Of a DNA stretch of 37,421 nucleotides, positions 25,435 through 34,529 are shown piece after piece. The position numbers and the translations under genes are program-made. Location of the stretch: the NCBI GenBank assembly GCA_937913075.1, contig CALEPU010000233.1, positions 1 to 37,421 on the forward strand. Reading direction: 5' to 3'. The DNA is from an uncultured Clostridia bacterium. GTDB taxonomy: Bacteria; Bacillota; Clostridia; Christensenellales; CAG-138. Every line of letters begins with the position of its first letter. Position 1 is the first letter of the stretch. Under the pieces are notes generated by a model that saw nothing but the letters and a program-made list of their open reading frames with translations, was not told the DNA's origin and did no database searches.

Positions 25435-26038
25435 ACCCAACGAGAGGGAGTACCGCAGCCTTGGCGCGTTTGAAGCTTCCGAGGATAGCGACGTGCTTGT
25501 GATACGTGGTACGCCCATTGTTTTTAATTCGCCGACCGTTCTCTGGGTGGAGGACGAGATCGAGTACAAGGAGGTCATAGATCCTCATGCGCTCGATGAG
25601 TGCGATATGAGCGACTTTATCCTCAATCGCAATCACGGCATAAACGACGGGACCGTTTACGCCAGAACGCGCAACGGCTCCCTTGCCTATGAGATTCTTC
25701 CGGATAGGATGGACATTAAAGGAACGCTCGACAACAACGACGAGCGGCACTGCAATCTATACAGGGACGTTCAGAAGAAGCTCGTCGATAAGATGAGCTT
25801 TTCTTTTGTCTGCTTCCCTGTTGATCAAGGCGGGTACATCTACGATCCCGCCACTCACACCCGCACCATTAAGCGGATCAAAAAACTTTATGACGTTTCG
25901 GCGGTGGATTTTCCCGCCTATAACGATACGAGCATCACCACAGCACGCAGCTTCTTTGAGGAGGAGCACCGCAAGGAGTTTAAGGCGCTGGAGCAGCGCA
26001 GGCGGCGTCAGGAGCTCATTATAAAAACATTCATCTAA
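25427..26038 (+). CDS. Prohead maturation protease, HK97 family (S78)
   Basis: ATG 25427 overlaps the portal stop. VIRGTPIVFNS...NRNHG...YDVSAVDFPAYNDT is typical. The upstream part of track ORF 25013-26038 lies out of frame inside the portal gene and is discounted. Confidence 0.9.
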   Translation: MYKPNEREYRSLGAFEASEDSDVLVIRGTPIVFNSPTVLWVEDEIEYKEVIDPHALDECDMSDFILNRNHGINDGTVYARTRNGSLAYEILPDRMDIKGTLDNNDERHCNLYRDVQKKLVDKMSFSFVCFPVDQGGYIYDPATHTRTIKRIKKLYDVSAVDFPAYNDTSITTARSFFEEEHRKEFKALEQRRRRQELIIKTFI

Positions 26039-26052
26039 GAAAGGAAAATGAT

Positions 26053-27249
26053 ATGAACATTGAAAAGCGTCTCGCTGAAATAGCGAACAGGAAGGCAGAG
26101 ATCCGCTCTCTGCTCGATTCTACCGAGGCCGCCGACCTCGACGCCCTTGAGAAAGAGCTCCGCGACCTGGAAGCGGAGAAGACCTCTCTCGAAAAAAGGA
26201 AGTCCATAGCCGCCGGCATCAATTCCGGCAACATTTCCGTAATCAACCTCGGCAATGCCGAGCAGCGCAGCGAGGAGACCGACCCCGAAGAGGAGCCCGC
26301 GGAGTATCGCTCTGCGTTCTTCAAGAGGATACAGGGCAAGCCCCTGACCAATGCCGAGCAGCGCGCCTATGACATTATGGAGCAGCGCGCGGCCTATTCC
26401 CCCGGGACCGGCTCCGCCGGTCCCGCTATCCCGCAGGTGACTGCTAACGAGATCGTGAAGAAGATGTACGAGGTATCTCCTATCCTGCAGAAGTGCCGCA
26501 TATTCCACGTGCCCGGTATGCTGAAGATCGCCTATGAGGGCACTAATACCGAGGCATCGCTCCATACCGAGCTCGCATCCATTACCCCCGACAGCGATAC
26601 CCTCATCAGCGTATCCCTCACCGGTTACGAGATCACGAAGCTCATCCGTGCGAGCCGTGCCACTTTGGCTATGACCATTCCCGCATTCGAGCAGTTCATA
26701 GTCGAGATCATCGGCGAGAATATCGGTCGCAGGATCGAGAAGTACATCTTTACCGGCACCGGCAGCGCTCAGCCCGGCGGCGTTTCCACCGGCGGCAAGG
26801 GTTCCGGCGGCACCTATACCTCGGGCACCGACCTGGTCTCCGTCGCGGCTGCTAACACTTTCGCCGCGACCGACGTCGAGACCGCTTACAGTTATCTCGG
26901 CGACGGTTACGAGCGCAACGCAGTATGGGCCATGAGTAAGGTGACGTTCTTCGCCTACTACTACCCGCTTATGGACCGCTCCAAGAATCACCTTATCGAG
27001 TTCTCCAACGGTAAATACTACATCCTCGGTTGTGAAGTCTACTTCACCGGCAGCCTCACAAAGGGCCTCGCTTATCTGGGCGACTTCTCTTACATAATCG
27101 GTAATTTTGCACAGGATATTATCGTTGTCAAGTCCGAGCATTCCGGTCTCTCTGCGAACGCCGTTGACTATCTCGGCTCCTGTGTCTGGGATTCCAAGCC
27201 TATTCCCGGTCTCGGCGCGTTCGTTAAGATCAACAAGGCCCAGAGCTAA
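26053..27249 (+). CDS. Major capsid protein, HK97 fold, with an N-terminal coiled-coil delta domain
   Basis: N-terminal KRLAEIANRKAEIRSLL...LEKELRDLEAEK scaffold-like region. Size and position immediately after the protease fit. Confidence 0.92.
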   Translation: MNIEKRLAEIANRKAEIRSLLDSTEAADLDALEKELRDLEAEKTSLEKRKSIAAGINSGNISVINLGNAEQRSEETDPEEEPAEYRSAFFKRIQGKPLTNAEQRAYDIMEQRAAYSPGTGSAGPAIPQVTANEIVKKMYEVSPILQKCRIFHVPGMLKIAYEGTNTEASLHTELASITPDSDTLISVSLTGYEITKLIRASRATLAMTIPAFEQFIVEIIGENIGRRIEKYIFTGTGSAQPGGVSTGGKGSGGTYTSGTDLVSVAAANTFAATDVETAYSYLGDGYERNAVWAMSKVTFFAYYYPLMDRSKNHLIEFSNGKYYILGCEVYFTGSLTKGLAYLGDFSYIIGNFAQDIIVVKSEHSGLSANAVDYLGSCVWDSKPIPGLGAFVKINKAQS

Positions 27250-27260
27250 GGAGGCTGAGT

Positions 27261-27692
27261 ATGGCGGCAAATAATCCTTGGTCTGAAGCTTATCCCGGAC
27301 GCTCAATCAACCCTTGGGAGTCGGAGTGGAGACAGCTGTGCCGAGTGCTCCGCATAACCGGCGTTGAGTACGAGTACGAGCTTATAGGCCTGATCAATGC
27401 CGCCTGCGCTGATCTCGGCTTGGGCGGTATAGTCCCCCAGAAGCTTTATAACAGCAACGATCCGCTGATCAGACGCGCCATACACCTGTACGTGAAGGCT
27501 CAGTTCGGCCTCGATAATCCGGACAGCGAGAAGTACATGGCGAGCTATGAAGCGCTCAAGCGTCACTTGATGCTCTCATCCGAGTACATTACGGAGCCGG
27601 AGGAGGAAGAAGAAACCGGTTCCGGCTCCAGGAATATTTCGGGTATCGGCACCGGCCCCGACATACTGGACCCGGGGCTCACTCGTCCGTAA
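27261..27692 (+). CDS. Head-tail connector (gp6-like) with an acidic/Gly-rich C-terminal tail
   Basis: Position, plus gp6-like LINAACADLGL...LIRRAIHLYVKAQF. Confidence 0.65.
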   Translation: MAANNPWSEAYPGRSINPWESEWRQLCRVLRITGVEYEYELIGLINAACADLGLGGIVPQKLYNSNDPLIRRAIHLYVKAQFGLDNPDSEKYMASYEALKRHLMLSSEYITEPEEEEETGSGSRNISGIGTGPDILDPGLTRP

Positions 27693-27704
27693 AGGAGGCA
27701 GCTC

Positions 27705-28031
27705 ATGTATTGGCGCGATGTAGGGTACCTCTGTACGGAACACGAACAGCTTGACGCCCTCGGCAAGCCGTACAAGACCTTTGAAAAGAGGATGGTGTAC
27801 TGCAATTCGAAAGGCGTCAAGCGCAACGAGTTTTACCAGGCGCAGGCTCAAGGGTACCGCCCTGAGCTCTGTGTTGACGTCAGAGAGAGCGAGTATCATC
27901 ACGAGAATCACTTTGAGTTCGGCGGGGTAATGTACCGGATTATCCGCACATACCCCGTCGCTCGTGAAGCCTTGGAGCTCGTGTGCCAGGCTCTCATCCA
28001 GGACGACGGAGGCGGAAATGTACCGTACTAA
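27705..28031 (+). CDS. Head closure / head-tail adaptor protein
   Basis: Position and size (108 aa). Pattern ...VYCNSKGVKRNEFYQAQAQGYRPE...VMYRIIR. Confidence 0.6.
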   Translation: MYWRDVGYLCTEHEQLDALGKPYKTFEKRMVYCNSKGVKRNEFYQAQAQGYRPELCVDVRESEYHHENHFEFGGVMYRIIRTYPVAREALELVCQALIQDDGGGNVPY

Positions 28032-28398
28032 AGACTTTATCGAGGAGCTCAGGGCGCAGCTCGATCTTATTCTCCCTACGTACTACGAGGAAGCGCCGTC
28101 CAAGGCGACGCGTTTCCCTTATTGTGTTATCAGCGGGATAAAGGTCACTGATCTCGCCCAGGGCGATCAAATTTATTTCTACTTGGACATATGGGGCGAT
28201 GAGAAAGCTCCGGAGACGACCGTCGCGCTTGAGGAGTATTGCGATCTTCTTCGGAACGGGCTTTCCGGCGCCGTGCTTGTACGTGAAGGATCCTTCGGGG
28301 CGCATCTCGGCTTTGACAGTCAGAACCCGATGCAGGATTCGGAGTTCGATATAGCGCACCGCCGGCTCTCTATGTCCGCCCGAATATTCTACAATTAG
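28018..28398 (+). CDS. Neck/tail-completion protein (DUF3168-like)
   Basis: ATG 28018 after GGAGG. It is the last gene before the major tail protein. Confidence 0.5.
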   Translation: MYRTKDFIEELRAQLDLILPTYYEEAPSKATRFPYCVISGIKVTDLAQGDQIYFYLDIWGDEKAPETTVALEEYCDLLRNGLSGAVLVREGSFGAHLGFDSQNPMQDSEFDIAHRRLSMSARIFYN

Positions 28399-28408
28399 GA
28401 GGCACTTA

Positions 28409-28966
28409 ATGATAACAAATCTCACAACGACACAGATAGAGAGTATCCAGATCGATGAGGGTATGATCTATCTGAATTACGGCGAATCCGGTGAGATCTT
28501 CCTTGCGCCTACGAGGGGCGGCGGTGAATTCTCTGCGACCGCGCAGATTCGCGATATCGAGTTTGACGGCAGGCACGGCAAAACGGCCGGTATGCAGGTC
28601 ATTGAGGAGCAGGCAGCGTCACTGAAGGTCACCACTCTCAACCTCAGCCAGGCGAACCTCGCCATGGCGATTCCGACGGCTGTTGTGAATACGACATCAG
28701 GCGCAAACAGCGCGGTCGTTAATCCTGCAACCGGTTATATCGCCCCCGCAAAGTATCTGACGAACGTCACCATGTTCTGTAAGACGATCGGCGGCAAGTA
28801 CAAGAAGATCACAATTTACAACCCGCTCCACGAGGGCGGAATCAACCTGAAGGCAGTCCAGAAAGCCGAGGGCGAGCTCGCCCTTGAGTTCACAGCGCAT
28901 TATCCCCACACCGATCTTGATGGAAACCTGTGGAAAATCGAAGAGCTCACCGCTCTGCCGTCTTAA
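28409..28966 (+). CDS. Major tail protein
   Basis: 185 aa, immediately upstream of the G/GT chaperone pair and the tape measure. Confidence 0.7.
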   Translation: MITNLTTTQIESIQIDEGMIYLNYGESGEIFLAPTRGGGEFSATAQIRDIEFDGRHGKTAGMQVIEEQAASLKVTTLNLSQANLAMAIPTAVVNTTSGANSAVVNPATGYIAPAKYLTNVTMFCKTIGGKYKKITIYNPLHEGGINLKAVQKAEGELALEFTAHYPHTDLDGNLWKIEELTALPS

Positions 28967-28982
28967 TACCAAGGAGGTTTAT

Positions 28983-29351
28983 ATGCTCACTATTCGCACA
29001 ATGCCTATTCTGCTGAAGATCGTCGGCAAGCTCGATCTGCGCCCCGTTATAGACGTCGTAAAAGACCTCGACATCTTCGACGAGCCCGCTAACAAAGAAG
29101 ACGCCCTGCGTCAGCTCTCCGATAAAGAGAAAATGGGTAAGGTCGGCATGGAGATACTCAGCGCTATAACGCCTCAGCTCGGCAGGATTGCCGATGATAT
29201 TCTGCCCCTTGTAGCGGCCTATAAGAAATGCACTATAGAGGATGCGGAGGACATGGACGCCGCAGAGGTCATCAATGAGATTATTAATGATGACGGTGTA
29301 AGAAGTTTTTTCAAAACTGCCTTGCGAAAGAAAACCGAGACAGAAGCCTGA
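28983..29351 (+). CDS. Tail assembly chaperone (gpG analogue)
   Basis: AAGGAGG RBS. Acidic 122-aa protein directly upstream of the tape measure. Confidence 0.7.
   Translation: MLTIRTMPILLKIVGKLDLRPVIDVVKDLDIFDEPANKEDALRQLSDKEKMGKVGMEILSAITPQLGRIADDILPLVAAYKKCTIEDAEDMDAAEVINEIINDDGVRSFFKTALRKKTETEA
29306..29312 (+). promoter_or_regulatory. Candidate -1 programmed frameshift slippery heptamer T_TTT_TTC
   Basis: In the gpG frame the codons are TTT (29307) and TTC (29310). The -1 frame is open from 29294 to 29683. Confidence 0.6.
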
Positions 29352-29683
29352 GCCTCCTTCACCGATATTATGATTGGCAGCTTATCGAGGATCTTCCTTT
29401 ATCGTTCCTCGGCGAGCTGCTTTCTTATGCGGAAGAAGAGGAGGCGCGGCTTTCGAAGCTTGAAGCCGAGAAGCAGCTCATGCCGCTGTGGCTCGTCAGT
29501 TATGCAATAGCCCGTTTCAAGGGTGAGGAGTTCATGGATTTCAAAGAGTTTATAGAACGTGCGTTCGATAACACCTCGGAGCCTGACCCGAAGCCCAAGA
29601 GGAAGAAAACCTCCGCAGAGATCCTCGCCGAGTTCGGCCCGCTCGTCGAAGCCGACCGTCAGAACCGGCTGAAAGGAGGCTGA
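29312..29683 (+). CDS. Frameshift extension of the chaperone (gpGT analogue, C-terminal part)
   Basis: The -1 frame reads QNCLAKENRDRSLSLLHRYYDWQLIEDLPLSF...MPLWLVSYAIARFKGEE...RLKGG*. It ends 1 nt before the tape measure ATG. Track ORF 29480-29683 is its 3' part. Confidence 0.6.
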   Translation, partial: QNCLAKENRDRSLSLLHRYYDWQLIEDLPLSFLGELLSYAEEEEARLSKLEAEKQLMPLWLVSYAIARFKGEEFMDFKEFIERAFDNTSEPDPKPKRKKTSAEILAEFGPLVEADRQNRLKGG

Positions 29684-29684
29684 T

Positions 29685-31679
29685 ATGGCAAGTCTATTTT
29701 CTCTGTTCGGTGAGGTCTACATCGACAACACCAATGCGGACAAGAGCATAGATTCAACGACACAGAAGGCGGAGAAGAGCGGCTCCAAGATAGGCGCCGC
29801 CTTTGGGAAGATCGCAAAGGGCGCGGCCGTGGTCGGTACCGCCGTCGTGACCGGCGCCGCTGCTGTTGGCACGGCTGCCTTTAAAATGGCGTCCGATACT
29901 GCTGAAGCCGCCGATCACATAGACAAGATGGCCCAGAAGATAGGTATATCGAGAGAAGCCTATCAAGAATGGGATTATGTCCTTTCCCAGAACGGCATGA
30001 GCGTTGATGCTTTGCAAAACGGCATGAAGACGCTCCGGTCTCAAATGAATGCCGTGATGAGCGGGAATGCGGCGACAGCGGCGACCTTTGAAGCGCTCGG
30101 CGTCTCCGTCACCAACGCCGACGGCAGTATGCGATCGCAGGAAGACGTCCTGAATGATACGATCGCAGCGCTCCAAGGCGTGACGGACGACGCGGAGAAG
30201 GCCACGCTCGCCCAACAGCTCTTCGGTAAGGCCGGGATTGAGATGGTCCCGCTGCTCAATCAGACTGCCGAGAGTACTCAAGGGCTCAAGGATCAAGCTC
30301 ACGAGCTGGGTATGATCATGGGCGACGAAGCTATTGACGCCGGCGTCGCGTTCAGTGACAGCCTCGACACGGTAAAGAGATCCTTCACAGGACTTACCAA
30401 TCAGCTCGGCGCCGCTGTCCTGCCGCTTGTAACGAGCTTTTTGAACCTCATTATCAAGCATATTCCCGACATTCAAGCCCTCTTCGCAAGGCTTACCCCT
30501 ATAATAGAATCCCTGTTTAACAGCGTATTACCCCCGCTGTTCGACTTGATAGAAACCCTTTTACCTCTACTCTTTGACCTGCTCGAAACGCTCTTGCCGG
30601 TGTTTGAGAACATTATTACAGCTATTTTGCCTGTGGTAGTGGACCTTCTGCAGATGCTCCTTCCGTTCATGGTCGAGATCGTCCAGATGGTCCTCCCGCT
30701 GGTGATCGAGCTTATCACGGCTCTCATGCCCCTGATAGCGCAGATCATAGAGACCATTTTGCCGGTGATCATCGAGCTGCTCCGGATACTGCTTCCGCCG
30801 CTCATCGAGATCATATCGGCTATTCTCCCGGTCGTGATCCAACTGATCCAGACCGTCATCCCCTTGGTGCTTCAGATTATCCAGAGCCTTCTCCCTGTGC
30901 TCCTGCCGCTGCTGGAGTCCTTAACGCTAATATTCAAGCCCATTTTGAGTCTGATAACAAGCGTGCTTTCGCCCTTGATGGAGCTTATCAATATAATCCT
31001 GCCGCCGATCATCAAGCTGCTGACATGGATCTTTAAGTACGTACTGCCTCCCCTGCAGGACGCATTCTCCATCGTTGCCGAGGTTATAACTTCGAAATTT
31101 TCGGGTGCAATGGAGAGCCTCGGACCGCTCATCGAGAGCGTGCAGGGTATTTTCGGAGGCATTATTGACTTCATCAAGAACGTCTTCACGGGGAATTGGC
31201 AGGGCGCTTGGGAAGGCGTCAAACAGATCTTTGCCAACGTCTGGGAGGCTATGAAGAGCATTTTCAAGGCGCCTATGAACTGGATCATAGACGGAATCAA
31301 CGGCTTTATTCGCGGTTTGAATAAGCTGAAGATTCCCGACTGGGTTCCCGGCGTGGGCGGAAAGGGTCTGAACATAAAGGAGATCCCGCGCCTGCGCGTG
31401 GGTATCGACTACGTTCCCTACGACGAATACCCCGCGCTGCTGCATAAGGGCGAGCGCGTCCTTACCGAGAGCGAAGCCGAGGACTACAACAGTTCTCAGA
31501 GCTCCGCCGCTCAGGAGAAGGAGAAGCAGCGCCCCACTATTAACATCAACATAGGCGAGAAAGCAATCTGGATCGAGCGTCTCGACGGCACGGAACCGGA
31601 CGATATGGACAGCTTCGTTGAACGTCTGATGGACATTCTCGCCGAGAAAATCAGGAGAGAGGAGGCGGCATTCGGATGA
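29685..31679 (+). CDS. Tail tape measure protein (TP901-type core)
   Basis: N-terminal ...HIDKMAQKIGISREAYQEWDYVLSQNGMSVDALQNGMKTLRSQM..., a hydrophobic repeat core, and position. Confidence 0.92.
   Translation: MASLFSLFGEVYIDNTNADKSIDSTTQKAEKSGSKIGAAFGKIAKGAAVVGTAVVTGAAAVGTAAFKMASDTAEAADHIDKMAQKIGISREAYQEWDYVLSQNGMSVDALQNGMKTLRSQMNAVMSGNAATAATFEALGVSVTNADGSMRSQEDVLNDTIAALQGVTDDAEKATLAQQLFGKAGIEMVPLLNQTAESTQGLKDQAHELGMIMGDEAIDAGVAFSDSLDTVKRSFTGLTNQLGAAVLPLVTSFLNLIIKHIPDIQALFARLTPIIESLFNSVLPPLFDLIETLLPLLFDLLETLLPVFENIITAILPVVVDLLQMLLPFMVEIVQMVLPLVIELITALMPLIAQIIETILPVIIELLRILLPPLIEIISAILPVVIQLIQTVIPLVLQIIQSLLPVLLPLLESLTLIFKPILSLITSVLSPLMELINIILPPIIKLLTWIFKYVLPPLQDAFSIVAEVITSKFSGAMESLGPLIESVQGIFGGIIDFIKNVFTGNWQGAWEGVKQIFANVWEAMKSIFKAPMNWIIDGINGFIRGLNKLKIPDWVPGVGGKGLNIKEIPRLRVGIDYVPYDEYPALLHKGERVLTESEAEDYNSSQSSAAQEKEKQRPTININIGEKAIWIERLDGTEPDDMDSFVERLMDILAEKIRREEAAFG
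30528..30923 (+). repeat. Twelve consecutive 33-nt (11-aa) degenerate repeats inside the tape measure gene
   Basis: LPPLFDLIETL LPLLFDLLETL LPVFENIITAI LPVVVDLLQML LPFMVEIVQMV LPLVIELITAL MPLIAQIIETI LPVIIELLRIL LPPLIEIISAI LPVVIQLIQTV IPLVLQIIQSL LPVLLPLLESL. Looser copies continue to about 31065. Confidence 0.85.
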
Positions 31680-32407
31680 GTGAAACACTCCCGTATTTCA
31701 TGTATAAGGGCCGACGGTCGATAGACTACGGTCTGATCATCAAGAAAAAGAGCATATATAAAGGCTCACAGCGGGATGTGACCTTCGTGAACGTTCCCGG
31801 CAGGGACGGAGATCTCATTATCGACAACGGGCGATATAAGAACACCACGATCACCTATGAGCTCGCCGTCGTCAATGGATTGACGCCGTGGAGCTTCGCG
31901 GAGCTCGCGCAGATCCTCCGGAGCTGGCTTATCCCGAATACTGGATACTTCAAGCTCTGGGATACCTACGACAAACAGCACTTCCGCTATGCTGCCTTTA
32001 ACGGCGACGTGAATATAGAGCAGGAGCTCAACGATCTCGGCGCCGTCTCTCTTGATTTCAATTGCAAGCCCCATCGGTACGCCGTTGAAGGGCAAAACGT
32101 AATCACGATGGAATCCGGAGGAGATCTTTACAACGGTGAAGCGGTCTCCTCCGAGCCGTATATTAAAATCTACGGTTCCGGTGATATAACGCTAACGGTC
32201 AACAGCGAGACCTTCGTTTTGGAAGACGTGAGCGGCTCTATCGAGATTGACAGCGAGCTTATGGACGTGTTCAAAGGCTCGACGCTGATGAACGGCAGCA
32301 TGATGTCAACGTCGTTCCCTGTTCTGCAGCCGGGCATGAACACCATTTCTTGGACGGGCGGAAGCGTTTCCAAAATAGAGATTGTTCCGAGGTGGCGCTG
32401 CTTATGA
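31676..32407 (+). CDS. Distal tail protein (Dit, siphovirus tail family)
   Basis: Position right after the tape measure (ATGA overlap), and size. Confidence 0.7.
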   Translation: MSETLPYFMYKGRRSIDYGLIIKKKSIYKGSQRDVTFVNVPGRDGDLIIDNGRYKNTTITYELAVVNGLTPWSFAELAQILRSWLIPNTGYFKLWDTYDKQHFRYAAFNGDVNIEQELNDLGAVSLDFNCKPHRYAVEGQNVITMESGGDLYNGEAVSSEPYIKIYGSGDITLTVNSETFVLEDVSGSIEIDSELMDVFKGSTLMNGSMMSTSFPVLQPGMNTISWTGGSVSKIEIVPRWRCL

Positions 32408-33567
32408 TCCCGATATTGTACGACCGCGACGTCGGTCTGAAGTACGACGATAACGGTATTGGCTTCCTGCCCGATACCATCAAGGCCGTCGTCACCGAGG
32501 AGCGTAACGGCACTTATGAGCTTTCTATGCAGTACCCTGTCTCCGGCAAGCGTTATGATCAGATCGGCGACGGCTGTCTCGTGAAGGTCAAGGCGAACCA
32601 TACCAGCGTACCGCAGCTGTTCCGCATATACAAGAGCTCCAAACCCTTAAAAGGCATAGTGACGTATTCGGCGCAGCATATCAGCTATGACCTGGGCGGC
32701 TTCCCTCTCGCGGGATTTACCGCCCAGAACGTCACAGCGGCTCAGGCGATTCAGAAGGCGCTCACAGAAACGCCCTTCTCATCGTACTTCAGCACACAGA
32801 CGGATATAGCGACGCTGAACAGTACGACAATCGAGGGAGCGTGCACCGTGCGCGGTCTCCTCGGCGGAATGCGGGGCTCAATTCTGGACGTATGGGGCGG
32901 TGAATATGAGTTCAATAATCGCACGATCATACTGCATTCTGCGCGCGGCGCGGATAACGGCGTCACAATCGAGTACGGCAAGAACATGACCGCGCTCCAG
33001 CAGGAAAGTCAGATCGCCGACACCTACTCGCACATTATGCCCTATGCGTCTTATACGGAGAGCGAAGGAGGGGATCCTGTCTACGTTTTTCTTCCTGAGA
33101 AGGTTCTCTCGAATGGTATAAATGGTGTTTTTGCTCATGGCGTTAATCGTGCTTTAATTATGGATTTTTCAGATAAATTTGGCGAAGGTGTAGTGCCAAC
33201 TATCTCTCGACTTAGGACACTTGCTAATCAGTGGGTAAGTCTATATGGTTTAAACTATCTTTCACCGAAAATCAATATCAAGGTTTCCTTCCTGCCTCTT
33301 GCCCAGACCGAGGAATACAAGAATATAGCGCCTCTGGAGACCGTCAGCCTGTGCGATACCGTAACGGTACGCTATCCGGCTCTCGGCGTCAACGCCAAAA
33401 CAAAGGTCATTAAGACCGTTTACAATGCACTTACGGAGAAGTACGAGAGCATAACTCTGGGCGATATGAAGGAGAGCTTCGCCGCTCTGATGAGTACGCA
33501 GATCAGCGCGGTAGCGCAGATGAGACAGAGCATCGACCGCCCGGTATTCTTTATTACCGATCCGTGA
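32404..33567 (+). CDS. Tail-associated protein (Tal / minor structural protein N-terminal region), short form
   Basis: ATG 32404 overlaps the Dit stop. MIPILYDRD...GIGFLPDTIKAVVTEERNGTYELSMQYP...LFRIYK is typical of Prophage_tail N-terminal regions. Confidence 0.75.
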   Translation: MIPILYDRDVGLKYDDNGIGFLPDTIKAVVTEERNGTYELSMQYPVSGKRYDQIGDGCLVKVKANHTSVPQLFRIYKSSKPLKGIVTYSAQHISYDLGGFPLAGFTAQNVTAAQAIQKALTETPFSSYFSTQTDIATLNSTTIEGACTVRGLLGGMRGSILDVWGGEYEFNNRTIILHSARGADNGVTIEYGKNMTALQQESQIADTYSHIMPYASYTESEGGDPVYVFLPEKVLSNGINGVFAHGVNRALIMDFSDKFGEGVVPTISRLRTLANQWVSLYGLNYLSPKINIKVSFLPLAQTEEYKNIAPLETVSLCDTVTVRYPALGVNAKTKVIKTVYNALTEKYESITLGDMKESFAALMSTQISAVAQMRQSIDRPVFFITDP

Positions 33568-33585
33568 GAAAGGAGACTGATCTGA

Positions 33586-33957
33586 ATGGAGCAAGTAATT
33601 TATCTTGACATTGCACAAGAAACAACTCCGCAGGTTGTTTTTATGAAACAACAAGATAGCGGTCGTATCTTAAAAGCGTTCATTCAAAAAGACGGGATAG
33701 CCATTGAACAAAACGCTTATACATTGGCTGCTATGCGCTTCTGTAAACCAAATAAAGCCTCCGGTATGAGTATAGGAGGAACCTTGGGTGCAGAAAGTGG
33801 AAAGCTTTTTGTTGAGTTCAATATACCCTCGATCGCACTAAATACCGTTGGTATAGGTGTTGCGGATATAGTATTGACTGATAGTAACAGCAAGCAGGTT
33901 TCCACTCAAAACTTTTATATCAACATCAGAGCCACCGGAGGGGAGGGAGTCGCGTAA
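33586..33957 (+). CDS. Small tail-tip protein (BppU_N-like Ig-type domain)
   Basis: AAAGGAG RBS. YLDIAQETTPQVVFMKQQDSGRIL...STQNFYINI resembles baseplate upper protein N-domains. GC is markedly lower than in the neighbours. Confidence 0.5.
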   Translation: MEQVIYLDIAQETTPQVVFMKQQDSGRILKAFIQKDGIAIEQNAYTLAAMRFCKPNKASGMSIGGTLGAESGKLFVEFNIPSIALNTVGIGVADIVLTDSNSKQVSTQNFYINIRATGGEGVA

Positions 33958-34259
33958 TGGTACAGGCAACAACTCCGACATTCATTCTCACCCTTCCGGC
34001 GTCGGTCGATCTGTCAGAGGCTTCCTCGGTGGTCTTTTCTGCAGCCCAGGAGCAGCACACGATCGAAAAGACCGGCACGGATCTGACGATCGACGGGCTG
34101 ACCGTTTCGGTTTATCTCTCGCAAGCGGAAACGCTGCAGCTCCACGCCGGCACGCTGAAGATACAGCTTAATTGGGTCTATGCTGACGGATCCCGCGCCG
34201 CGACCGACGTCAAAACCGTTCGTGTGACGGAAAATTTATTGAAGAGGGTGATCTCGTGA
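33957..34259 (+). CDS. Hypothetical tail-tip protein (100 aa)
   Basis: TAATG overlap. Beta-rich sequence in the tail-tip position. Confidence 0.45.
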   Translation: MVQATTPTFILTLPASVDLSEASSVVFSAAQEQHTIEKTGTDLTIDGLTVSVYLSQAETLQLHAGTLKIQLNWVYADGSRAATDVKTVRVTENLLKRVIS

Positions 34260-34522
34260 GCTTTCCGATCACTGTTGATATGACCGTAAGCGATACTGCG
34301 TGCCGGTTCGACGTCGCCGTGGAGGAAAGCAGTCAGGCGATCGACGCCGAGCTTGATGTTCGCATCGAGCCACCGTATCCGTTCTATGACGGACAGACGA
34401 GTGTTACAGTGGTGTCTTCGCCCTTGAACCGCACAATAGTACTTGAAACAGCAGGAAAAATAGTAACGGAGAACATCACTATAAGCGTTTCGAACAGCAT
34501 CAATCCGGTCAATCCCAAGTGA
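34256..34522 (+). CDS. Hypothetical protein (88 aa)
   Basis: GTGA overlap with the previous gene. GTG start. Confidence 0.4.
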   Translation: MSFPITVDMTVSDTACRFDVAVEESSQAIDAELDVRIEPPYPFYDGQTSVTVVSSPLNRTIVLETAGKIVTENITISVSNSINPVNPK

Positions 34523-34529
34523 GGTATCT

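Noticed and set aside
30528-30923. Regular 33-nt repeats that could be mistaken for a CRISPR array or a non-coding tandem repeat.
   Set aside because: They lie in frame inside the tape measure ORF, have no unique spacers, and encode a periodic hydrophobic peptide.
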